A stretch of DNA of 47,642 bases from Pseudomonadota bacterium (GTDB taxonomy: Bacteria > Pseudomonadota > Gammaproteobacteria > Steroidobacterales > Woeseiaceae), in the NCBI GenBank assembly GCA_022564475.1, contig JADFLJ010000001.1:1-47642 (forward strand), given 5' to 3'. Under the pieces are notes generated by a model, which did not search any database, had not been told where the DNA came from, and was given only the letters and a program-made list of their open reading frames with translations. This document shows, piece after piece, positions 17,992-25,909 of this stretch (positions within the stretch are counted from its first letter, which is position 1; every line of letters begins with the position of its first letter). The translations under genes and the position numbers were made by a program.

Positions 17992-18947
17992 GGCATCACA
18001 AGGAAGCGATGACACCGGCGCGCGCGCGCGGCGCATTCTCAATCTGGATTGGTCGCCACGTCAACATGGCCGGACAATCATTGGGACGACTCCTGCGTCA
18101 ACCGTTCGCGAGCCTCATGATCGTACTCGTCATAGCCGTCACACTGGCGCTGCCGGCAGCCCTCAACCTGATCGTCAAGAACGCAGCGGCCGTTAGTGGC
18201 AGCTGGGACAACGCACTCGACTTCTCGGTATTCCTGAGTCGTGACATTTCCCTGGACGAAGCACAGAACCTCGCACAACTGATCGGGCAACGTGCCGACG
18301 TTGCAAATGTGTCCCTTATCTCGGCGCAACAGGCGCTTGAAGAATTCAAGCTGCAGTCCGGTTTTGGCGACGCTATGGATCAGCTGTCGCAAAATCCCCT
18401 GCCACACACGCTCGTGGTTCGACCCAGTGCGGCGAATACCAGTGAGTCCATGGTGCTGTTGCGCGAGGAGCTGGCAAATTTGCCGGAAACCGATCTCGTG
18501 CAGGTCGACACGGAATGGGTGCAACGATTCCACGCCATCCTCGATATTGTCCGCCAGGCAATCCTCATTGGCTCGGTGCTGCTCGGCACGGCGATCATCG
18601 TCATCATCGGCAACACGATTCGACTCGATATTCAGAATCGACGTGAGGAAATTGAGGTCACCAAATTGATTGGCGCCAGCAACGCGTTTGTTCGCCGGCC
18701 CTTTCTCTGGAGCGGGTTCTGGTACGGCCTCCTGGGTGGCCTGCTCGCCATCGCACTGGTCCAGTACGGCATTTACCTGCTGCAGCCACCGATCGCCAGA
18801 CTTGCCGGCCTGTACCAAAGCGACGTGAACCTGCTGAGCTTTGATCTGCGCGAGATCGGCGTCATCGTTAGTGTGGGCGTATCCCTGGGGCTGTTGGGCT
18901 CGTGGTTCGCCGCCGCCCGGCATATGCGGCGCATCGAACCGCGCTAA
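17982..18947 (+). CDS. ftsX: Cell division permease-like protein FtsX
   Basis: It has four TM segments and a periplasmic domain. It overlaps the ftsE stop by 10 nt, in the classical ftsYEX order. Confidence 0.9.
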   Translation: MAVRHHKEAMTPARARGAFSIWIGRHVNMAGQSLGRLLRQPFASLMIVLVIAVTLALPAALNLIVKNAAAVSGSWDNALDFSVFLSRDISLDEAQNLAQLIGQRADVANVSLISAQQALEEFKLQSGFGDAMDQLSQNPLPHTLVVRPSAANTSESMVLLREELANLPETDLVQVDTEWVQRFHAILDIVRQAILIGSVLLGTAIIVIIGNTIRLDIQNRREEIEVTKLIGASNAFVRRPFLWSGFWYGLLGGLLAIALVQYGIYLLQPPIARLAGLYQSDVNLLSFDLREIGVIVSVGVSLGLLGSWFAAARHMRRIEPR

Positions 18948-19071
18948 ATCGGCGACAAATCGGCGAAAGTGCCGGATTCGGGCCTGTAAGCGCCTGATTC
19001 AGACCCGTTCCTGGGCTATTCGGAATAGTCAGGTCATTGTTTTTCCAGATATTATTGCTATCCGCTGCCTG

Positions 19072-19099
19072 GGAACTTCCTCGCCTGTTAGCACTCTAA
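19072..19099 (+). promoter_or_regulatory. Candidate RpoE (sigmaE)-type promoter upstream of rpoH
   Basis: GGAACTT-N16-TCTAA was read directly and ends 43 nt upstream of the rpoH ATG. It matches the enterobacterial sigmaE consensus GGAACTT-N16-TCnAA. E. coli rpoH has a sigmaE-dependent promoter (P3). Confidence 0.5.
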
Positions 19100-19141
19100 G
19101 GTGACGAGTGCTAAAATAGACCACCAAACAGGAGGACCCAC

Positions 19142-20002
19142 ATGACGACATCCGCTACGACAGCCAACAACGACCTCATTCTGGCCGGTCCCGTCGGCAG
19201 CCTGAGTGCCTATATTCAGGCAGTAGGGTCGATAGACGTCCTCAGCAAGGAGGACGAGCAAGCGCTCGCCCACCGTCTTCGCGATGGCGAAGATCTTGAG
19301 GCCGCCCGCGAACTCGTCATGGCGCACCTGCGCTTCGTCGTCCATATCGCCAAGGGCTACACGGGCTATGGTCTGCCGCTCAACGACCTGATTCAAGAAG
19401 GCAACGTCGGGCTCATGAAAGCCGTCAGACGCTTCGATCCCGAGTACGACGTGCGCCTGGTGTCATTCGCTGTTCACTGGATTCGCGCAGAGATCCACGA
19501 GTTTGTATTGCGCAACTGGCGCATCGTGAAAGTCGCAACGACCAAGGCGCAGCGCAAATTGTTTTTCAATCTTCGCAAGAACAAGAAAAGCCTTGCGTGG
19601 CTATCGCATGCCGAAACTCAGGCGTTGGCGAAAGACCTCGGCGTTAGCGCCAAGGAGGTCACCGAAATGGAGAAACGCCTCAGCGCGCGTGACCCACTTT
19701 TCGATCCCGCGCCTGCCGGGGATGACGAGCGCGTATTTTCGCCTGCGGCTTACTTGCCGGCGCCTGATTCCGACCCGGCGCAGATCGTCGAGAAAACGGA
19801 TTGGCATGACAACGCAACAGACCGCATGACGTCTGCTATCGCAACGCTGGACGAACGTAGCCGCAACATCCTGCAGAGCCGCTGGCTCACAGAGGACAAG
19901 AAAACGCTGCACACACTGGCCGACGAGTACGGTGTATCGGCAGAGCGCATTCGTCAGATCGAAGTAAACGCGATCAAGAAGATTCGCAACCTGATGATGT
20001 AG
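19142..20002 (+). CDS. rpoH: RNA polymerase sigma-32 (heat-shock sigma factor)
   Basis: The RpoH box [13 protein letters not shown] is present, along with region 2 ([18 protein letters not shown]) and region 4 ([20 protein letters not shown]). GGAGG lies 6 nt upstream of the ATG. Confidence 0.95.
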   Translation: MTTSATTANNDLILAGPVGSLSAYIQAVGSIDVLSKEDEQALAHRLRDGEDLEAARELVMAHLRFVVHIAKGYTGYGLPLNDLIQEGNVGLMKAVRRFDPEYDVRLVSFAVHWIRAEIHEFVLRNWRIVKVATTKAQRKLFFNLRKNKKSLAWLSHAETQALAKDLGVSAKEVTEMEKRLSARDPLFDPAPAGDDERVFSPAAYLPAPDSDPAQIVEKTDWHDNATDRMTSAIATLDERSRNILQSRWLTEDKKTLHTLADEYGVSAERIRQIEVNAIKKIRNLMM

Positions 20003-20013
20003 TTGCGGACGGT

Positions 20014-20051
20014 CCGATAACGGGACGATCGATTCTTTATCCCGTTATCGG
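20014..20051. terminator. 12-bp perfect inverted repeat between convergent rpoH and the OmpA-like gene (terminator-like)
   Basis: The arms are CCGATAACGGGA (20014-20025) and TCCCGTTATCGG (20040-20051). There is no clear U-tract, and the right arm overlaps the stop of the minus-strand gene. Confidence 0.45.
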
Positions 20052-20711
20052 CACCATTGTTATCTCAACACGGCGGTTCGCCTGCCGACCGGATGCAGTG
20101 TCGTTGGTGGCGATCGGGCGTAGCTCGCCCGTACCCACGGAAATCATTCTTTGTCCCGCAATCCCCTGCACCTGCAGGTAATGGGAGACTGACGATGAGC
20201 GACGTTCCGACAGGCTCTGGTTGTAGGCTTCCGAGCCGCTGCTGTCGGTGTGCCCGGCGACCTCAACAATTGTCCGGTCGAATTCTGTCAGCACTTTTCC
20301 TATTGAACTCAGCACATCGAAGAATGCAGGGTTCAGATCGGAGCTGCCTGTGGCGAAAGTTACATTGCCCGGCATGTTGAGGGTTATGTTGTCGCCTATA
20401 CGCGTGACGCTGACGCCGGTGTCTTCGAGTTCAGAGCGCAGCTTCGCCTCCTGGCGGTCCATGTAGTAGCCGATAGATCCGCCAGCCAATGCACCGATGC
20501 CCGCACCGATTAATGCGTGTTGGCGACGCTCGACTGCATCATCTCCCGACATCAGGCCCGCAACTGCGCCGGCAGCCGCGCCGATCAGCGCACCCTTGGT
20601 TGCATTGCTGGTCTTACTCTCTTGCGTATACGGGTCCAGCGTCTCGCAGCCTGCTGCAACAACGAGTATTCCAGCCAACATAGAAATTCGTCCAAGTGCT
20701 TTAATGTTCAT
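20037..20711 (-). CDS. OmpA-family lipoprotein with a glycine-zipper region
   Basis: The lipobox is LVVAAGC. A Gly-zipper (GALIGAAAGAVAGLMSG...GAGIGALAGGSIG) is present. The OmpA_C motif is TGSSDLNP...VAGHTDSSGSEAYNQSLSERRSSSV...RQANRRVEI. Confidence 0.85.
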   Translation of the reverse strand: MNIKALGRISMLAGILVVAAGCETLDPYTQESKTSNATKGALIGAAAGAVAGLMSGDDAVERRQHALIGAGIGALAGGSIGYYMDRQEAKLRSELEDTGVSVTRIGDNITLNMPGNVTFATGSSDLNPAFFDVLSSIGKVLTEFDRTIVEVAGHTDSSGSEAYNQSLSERRSSSVSHYLQVQGIAGQRMISVGTGELRPIATNDTASGRQANRRVEITMVPITG

Positions 20712-20856
20712 TAGCGTGTCCTTCACTCAAAACCATACAATCGTGAACATTAGACAGGATGCGGCTGAATGACTCCTTAACAGGTCGCACTTTTTACATC
20801 CCAGGCAACGATAGTCTGCGCGTGTAAAATGGACGGCCACCCTGCGGACCCGGACC

Positions 20857-21324
20857 ATGAGCGAAACCGAAAGCTGGCTTGAACGCTACGAGGCCAATCA
20901 TCGCGACCTGACCTGGCCCTGGATCTACTGGGCTGCGGTCCCGATGGTCGTCGTCGGCACTGTCGGCGCGCTCTGGAGCCTGCCGGTGCCGCAGGAGTTC
21001 TACGATATCTCACCGCTGCTCAACTGGGGCAGCGCGTTCCTGATGGTCACCACGGTCTATTACTTCATTATTTCCGTGTCGATCGCCATCGGCCTGCTAC
21101 CGTTTGTCATGGGCATCGCATTCGTTCATATGTGGCTGCCCGGGTCCGAGTTCTCAGCCGTTCGTGTATCACTCGGATTGCTGCTCGCGGGCATCATCGG
21201 CCTCTGGCTGGGGCATCGCAACAAACGCGGATTTGGCGCGATCATCGAGGACGTGCAGACGATCATGATTGGCCCGGCCTGGCTGTTGTCGGTGCTGTAC
21301 AAGCGTCTCGGAATACCCTGCTAG
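20857..21324 (+). CDS. DUF962 (Mpo1-like) family membrane protein, divergent member
   Basis: The N-terminus WLERYEANHRDLTWPWIYWAAVPMVVVGTVGALWSL resembles the DUF962 pattern, and several TM helices follow. Confidence 0.6.
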   Translation: MSETESWLERYEANHRDLTWPWIYWAAVPMVVVGTVGALWSLPVPQEFYDISPLLNWGSAFLMVTTVYYFIISVSIAIGLLPFVMGIAFVHMWLPGSEFSAVRVSLGLLLAGIIGLWLGHRNKRGFGAIIEDVQTIMIGPAWLLSVLYKRLGIPC

Positions 21325-21401
21325 GCGTATATCGCGACAGCGTTTTCTCGTTTAGAATCGACGCCCTTCTACCAATAGCCCAGCCGTCGAGGAAGCTATC
21401 C

Positions 21402-22580
21402 GTGTCGAACCAGAAATCCAGACTGGATCCACTCGATCTTTTTGACGTCCGCTCCGCCTTGAGCGATGACGAACGCATGGTCAAAGATACTGTCGCGCGT
21501 TTCGTCGATGAACAAGCGATCCCGGTCATGCGCGAAGCCTTCGAGCAACACCGCTTCCCCAGCGAGCTGATACCGCAGGTCGCGGAACTGGGTCTGCTGG
21601 GCAGCTCGATCGAAGGTTACGACTGCGCCGGTCTCAACAGCATCTGTTACGGATTGATTTGCCAGGAACTCGAACGCGGTGACAGCGGCTTGCGCAGTTT
21701 TGTGTCCGTGCAAAGCAGTCTCGTCATGTATCCGATTTACGCGTTTGGTTCCGAAGAACAAAAGCAACGCTGGCTTCCGGCCATGGCGCGCGGCGAAGCG
21801 ATTGGTTGCTTTGGATTAACCGAATCCCATGGCGGCTCGGATCCGGGCGACATGAAAACGCATGCGAAACGCGATGGTGGCGACTGGATCCTGAACGGCT
21901 CGAAGATGTGGATCACGAACGGCAGCGTCGCGGATGCGGCAATTGTCTGGGCAAAGACCGACGAAGGCATCAAGGGCTTTATCGTCGAAAAAGACATGCC
22001 CGGATACACGACGCAGGAAATCGAGAACAAGTTTTCGCTGCGTGCGTCCATTACGGCAGCGCTGTTCTTCGACAATGTTCGCGTTCCGGAAGCCAGCGTT
22101 CTGCCCGACGTAAACAGTCTGCGTGGTCCGCTTAGCTGCCTGACGCAGGCGCGCTACGGCATTACCTGGGGCGTTATCGGCGCCGCTCAGGCTTGCCTCG
22201 AAGAGGCACTCAGCTACACACAGGATCGCATCCTGTTTGGCAAACCACTAGCCGGCGCTCAGGCCACACAAATTCGCCTTGCGGATATGAGTCGCCGCAT
22301 TACAACGGCGCAGCTATTGTCCTTGCAACTCGGACGACTCAAAGACGCGGGCAAACTGAACCCGGCACAGGTCTCGCTGGCGAAGTGGAACAACTGCCGC
22401 ATGGCGATCGACATTGCCCGTGATGCGCGCGACTTGCTTGGCGCCGCAGGAATCAGCGCCGAGTACGTCGCCATTCGACACATGCTGAATCTTGAAAGCG
22501 TGATCACCTACGAAGGCACGGAAACAATCCACCAGTTGTCGATCGGCCGGGAGCTTACCGGCATCAACGCGTTCAGCTAG
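21402..22580 (+). CDS. gcdH: Glutaryl-CoA dehydrogenase (acyl-CoA dehydrogenase family)
   Basis: The in-frame GTG 21402 (GAGGAAG upstream) gives VSNQKSRLDPLDLFDVRSALSDDERMV. The ORF-track start at 21132 would overlap the preceding gene. Motifs GCFGLTESHGGSDPG, WITNG and ITYEGTETIHQL are present. Confidence 0.9.
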   Translation: MSNQKSRLDPLDLFDVRSALSDDERMVKDTVARFVDEQAIPVMREAFEQHRFPSELIPQVAELGLLGSSIEGYDCAGLNSICYGLICQELERGDSGLRSFVSVQSSLVMYPIYAFGSEEQKQRWLPAMARGEAIGCFGLTESHGGSDPGDMKTHAKRDGGDWILNGSKMWITNGSVADAAIVWAKTDEGIKGFIVEKDMPGYTTQEIENKFSLRASITAALFFDNVRVPEASVLPDVNSLRGPLSCLTQARYGITWGVIGAAQACLEEALSYTQDRILFGKPLAGAQATQIRLADMSRRITTAQLLSLQLGRLKDAGKLNPAQVSLAKWNNCRMAIDIARDARDLLGAAGISAEYVAIRHMLNLESVITYEGTETIHQLSIGRELTGINAFS

Positions 22581-22593
22581 CTCCAACCCTCGT

Positions 22594-23910
22594 ATGAACG
22601 CGGCGGCACCACCCAGTGATCGCGACGTCTGGCGCATCGCCGCGCCGATGATTCTCTCCAGTGTCTCAGTACCTTTACTGGGCATGGTCGACACGGGCGT
22701 CATGGGCCACCTGGAAAGCCCCGTCTATCTCGGCGCCGTTGCGGTCGGCAGCATGATCTTCAGCTTCTTGTACATGGGCATGAATTTCCTGCGCATGGGC
22801 ACGACCGGTATTACGGCGCAGTATTTCGGTGCGCGTAAGGCTGACGGACTGCGTGTCGCGCTGGGTCAGGCCATCGTCGTTGCGTTCGCGATTGCGCTTG
22901 TCATGATCGTCCTGCAGTGGCCGATCAGCCAAACGGCTGTGAGCCTCGTCGGCGCGTCGATGAATGTAGAAGAACACGCGCTGCAGTATTTTTCGATACG
23001 CATCTGGAGTGCGCCCGCCACACTCGCAAACATGGTGTTGATCGGCTGGTTCATCGGCCTGCAAAACGCACGCATTCCACTCCTGATTTTTCTGACCGTC
23101 AATATTACGAATATCGTGCTGGACCTGGTTTTCGTTTTGCTCCTCGGCATGAAAGTCGATGGCGTGGCGCTCGCCTCAGTCATCGCGGAGTACTCCGGTT
23201 TCGCACTTGGCCTTTGTTTTGCGGCGCGTGCACTGCGCCAGCACGGCGGTCAGTGGGTCCACAGTAAGTTTGTGAACTGGCGCGAGTACGCGGTTTTTTT
23301 TGCGGTCAACGGCAATCTTTTCATTCGCACAATGGTGCTGATTTTTACGATCGCGTTTATTACCGCGCAAGGCGCGCGCATGGGCGAGGTGATTCTTGCC
23401 GCGAATGCCATACTCCTGAACCTGCAATACCTGACTGCGTTCGCACTGGACGGTATTGCGCACGCGGCCGAAGCGCTGGTCGGCAAGGCGATAGGCGAAA
23501 AACAACGTGAATCAGTGCAGGTTGCCGTCCGCTTGTCGCTGAAGTGGTCATTGATATTTGCAGCCGGCATGACGCTTTTATATTGGCTCGGCGGCCCGGT
23601 GCTGATCGCCGCGCTCACTGACATTCCCGACATTCGCGAAGCGGCAATACGCTACTTGCCGTGGATGATTTTGTCGCCGCTGGTCTCGGTCTGGTCATTC
23701 CTCTATGACGGTGTGTATATCGGCGCGACGCGCTCGCGAGAGATGCGCAACATCATGCTGTTCTCGGTCTTTATGGTCTTTTTTCCGGCGTGGTATTTGC
23801 TGCAGGGATATGGCAACGACGGTCTTTGGCTTGCCTTCCTGTTGTTTATGGCAAGCCGCGGCATCGGCATGCACATCGGCTATCGACGAACGTTATTGCC
23901 GTCCATCTAG
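22594..23910 (+). CDS. MATE-family efflux transporter (DinF-like)
   Basis: It has 12-TM topology. The N-terminus is VWRIAAPMILSSVSVPLLGMVDTGVMGHL. Confidence 0.85.
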   Translation: MNAAAPPSDRDVWRIAAPMILSSVSVPLLGMVDTGVMGHLESPVYLGAVAVGSMIFSFLYMGMNFLRMGTTGITAQYFGARKADGLRVALGQAIVVAFAIALVMIVLQWPISQTAVSLVGASMNVEEHALQYFSIRIWSAPATLANMVLIGWFIGLQNARIPLLIFLTVNITNIVLDLVFVLLLGMKVDGVALASVIAEYSGFALGLCFAARALRQHGGQWVHSKFVNWREYAVFFAVNGNLFIRTMVLIFTIAFITAQGARMGEVILAANAILLNLQYLTAFALDGIAHAAEALVGKAIGEKQRESVQVAVRLSLKWSLIFAAGMTLLYWLGGPVLIAALTDIPDIREAAIRYLPWMILSPLVSVWSFLYDGVYIGATRSREMRNIMLFSVFMVFFPAWYLLQGYGNDGLWLAFLLFMASRGIGMHIGYRRTLLPSI

Positions 23911-23943
23911 TAGTCCAACAAGCTAGGTTTGATGGACCACTAG
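23907..23943. terminator. Inverted repeat spanning both stop codons of the convergent MATE genes
   Basis: The arms are CTAGTAGTCCA (23907-23917) and TGGACCACTAG (23933-23943), with 10 of 11 positions complementary. There is no U-tract. Confidence 0.3.
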
Positions 23944-25289
23944 TCCGGCGTACACAAACTATGCGCTGTGTGGCGCGCCCATGCATATGCGCCGATCCCG
24001 CTCACGATATTGGCGATCGCGTAAGCCACAAAGATGCCGACCACGCCATAGAACTTAAGTCCGATGAATGCGAGCGGCACGTACAATACAAGGATGCGCG
24101 CGACACTGATCCAGACAGCGGGCATCGGCTTGCCAAGGCCGTTAAACGACGCGTTCATGACCATGACCATGCCGTAGGTGCCATAGCTGATCGGCACGAT
24201 CCAGAGAAATAATTTCGTCACTTCCATGACAGCCTCGGAATCACTGAAGAGCCGCGGCAAAACATCCGACAGCAGTGCAAGAATGCCGGCAATGACCATC
24301 CCGGCAGCAAGACAGAACAACGTACACAACCACAGCGCCCGGAGAATTCGTCGCTCGCGTCCGGCCGCAAAGTTTTGCCCGACGAATGGACCGATGATCG
24401 ACGACATCGCGTAGAAAATGACCAGCATCATGGCTTCGATACGCGTCGCCACACCGAACCCGGCAACCGCATCTGTGCCAAGGCGCGCAATCATCGCCGT
24501 GACCAGCACAGCACCCAGCGGCACGATCGCGTTCGTACCCGCCGCCGGAATGCCTACGTGCAAAATGTCGCGCCAGGATTTTCGTAATTCCACCGGGTCG
24601 GGTTTGTTGAAACTCAGCATGTCCAGTCGAAAGCGCATCAGGTAGATCGTGCCAACAAAGATCGTCGCGCGCGCAATCAAGGCCGCGGTCGCCGCGCCAT
24701 CCAGGCCCATCGCCGGAATCGGCCCGACGCCGAATATCAGGATGGGGTCAAGCGCTACATTGAGTATCGCTGCCATAACCATGAGCATGCTCGGCAAGCG
24801 CGTGTCACCGGTCGCACGCATGCTGGCCATGCCGATCATGCCAACCACAACAAATGGCACGCCCGAATACAAGATCGTCATGAACGACCTGATCATGGGC
24901 AACATGTCTTCCGGTGCACCGAGCAGGCGAAACATCGGATTAATGGTCAAAATTCCAATCGCGCAAATGACGAGAGTGATCAGGAAGCCAAGAAAAAGAC
25001 TATCAGTGGCCAGGCGCCTCGCGCGGCGATGATCGCCGGCGCCGATTGCGCGAGCAACGACAGAGGATGTACCTGCCGCGAGTCCAATCGCAACACTCGT
25101 AACAATCATCAGGACTGGAAAGCCGAAACCGAACGCGGCCAGCTCCCGATCGCCGACCTGCCCCAGGAACCAGGTATCGATGAGTCCTTGCGCCATCATC
25201 GTCGAGATGCCAAACAAAACCGGCACCGTCATGTCGATCAGGTGCCGGCCTACCGGTCCCTCGGTTAATCTCGCTTTTGGCGCATCCAT
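23940..25289 (-). CDS. MATE-family efflux transporter (NorM-like)
   Basis: The N-terminus is LTEGPVGRHLIDMTVPVLFGISTMMAQGLIDTWFLGQ and the protein has 12 TM segments. Its start overlaps the sortase stop by 25 nt. Confidence 0.85.
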   Translation of the reverse strand: MDAPKARLTEGPVGRHLIDMTVPVLFGISTMMAQGLIDTWFLGQVGDRELAAFGFGFPVLMIVTSVAIGLAAGTSSVVARAIGAGDHRRARRLATDSLFLGFLITLVICAIGILTINPMFRLLGAPEDMLPMIRSFMTILYSGVPFVVVGMIGMASMRATGDTRLPSMLMVMAAILNVALDPILIFGVGPIPAMGLDGAATAALIARATIFVGTIYLMRFRLDMLSFNKPDPVELRKSWRDILHVGIPAAGTNAIVPLGAVLVTAMIARLGTDAVAGFGVATRIEAMMLVIFYAMSSIIGPFVGQNFAAGRERRILRALWLCTLFCLAAGMVIAGILALLSDVLPRLFSDSEAVMEVTKLFLWIVPISYGTYGMVMVMNASFNGLGKPMPAVWISVARILVLYVPLAFIGLKFYGVVGIFVAYAIANIVSGIGAYAWARHTAHSLCTPD

Positions 25290-25909
25290 GCGCGCACCGT
25301 AGCACGGCCCGCAGAACCGACTACCGAATCTCGCAACAGGCTCAACGTAACGACATAGCGCATGGGCCCACCCGCGGCAACTGCGTCAAACGGATAACAG
25401 GTCACAAGACTAAGAACGGATTCGTCGGTATCGAGCAGCAGGCTCCCGCGGCGGGCGTCCACGACATCCAGGTCGACAACCCGGTAGGTATGACCACGGC
25501 CGTCGGCGGTCTCCACCTGCAGCTTTTCGCCAATGGCAAGATCCTTGAGAAAATTGAAATGCGTATCGCGATGACCTGCGATGACGCTGTTACCGCGTTG
25601 ACCCGGCATGACACTCGCACTCAGGTGGCCGGGCCCGAAGGCCAGCGTTCGACCCGAGCCACCCGCAAGCACGATCAGGTCCACTTTGCCGCCCCTGGCC
25701 CGGAGGCGGGCGATTGGCCAGGTGTCGGCCCAGGGCCAGGGTGCAGGGCTGGCTTCACCGCGCGTCGCCCGGCCCCAGGCATGCAACATGAGTCCCTGCG
25801 CCACCCAGGCCTTGGCCGGTATGTACGCGCCGTGGCCAAGCTGCCAGAAACCGAGACACAGAAGGCAGGCGATGATCCAGCTCCGCGCGTTCTTAAACCG
25901 CCATCGCAT
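25265..25909 (-). CDS. Sortase, marine-proteobacterial (class GN) type
   Basis: The start is taken at M10 (MRWRFKNARSW, TM anchor). The catalytic His is in VIAGHRDTHF, the Cys in LSLVTCYPF and the Arg in PMRYVV. It overlaps the stop of the upstream target gene by 17 nt. Confidence 0.85.
   Translation of the reverse strand: MRWRFKNARSWIIACLLCLGFWQLGHGAYIPAKAWVAQGLMLHAWGRATRGEASPAPWPWADTWPIARLRARGGKVDLIVLAGGSGRTLAFGPGHLSASVMPGQRGNSVIAGHRDTHFNFLKDLAIGEKLQVETADGRGHTYRVVDLDVVDARRGSLLLDTDESVLSLVTCYPFDAVAAGGPMRYVVTLSLLRDSVVGSAGRATVRAWMRQKRD

Noticed and set aside
18078-18923. A 281-aa minus-strand ORF.
   Set aside because: It is antisense to ftsX, with no membrane or other motifs. It is a typical long shadow ORF in GC-rich coding DNA.
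18945-18968. A tandem AAATCGGCGA-c-AAATCGGCGA directly after the ftsX stop.
   Set aside because: It has only two short copies and no further structure, so it is too small to call a repeat element or a regulatory site.
20037-20711. The OmpA-family lipoprotein as the PdsO component of the sortase system.
   Set aside because: It lies about 4.5 kb from the sortase locus and is separated from it by unrelated genes (a DUF962-like gene, gcdH and two MATE genes). Its glycine-zipper plus OmpA_C architecture is a common stand-alone lipoprotein type.
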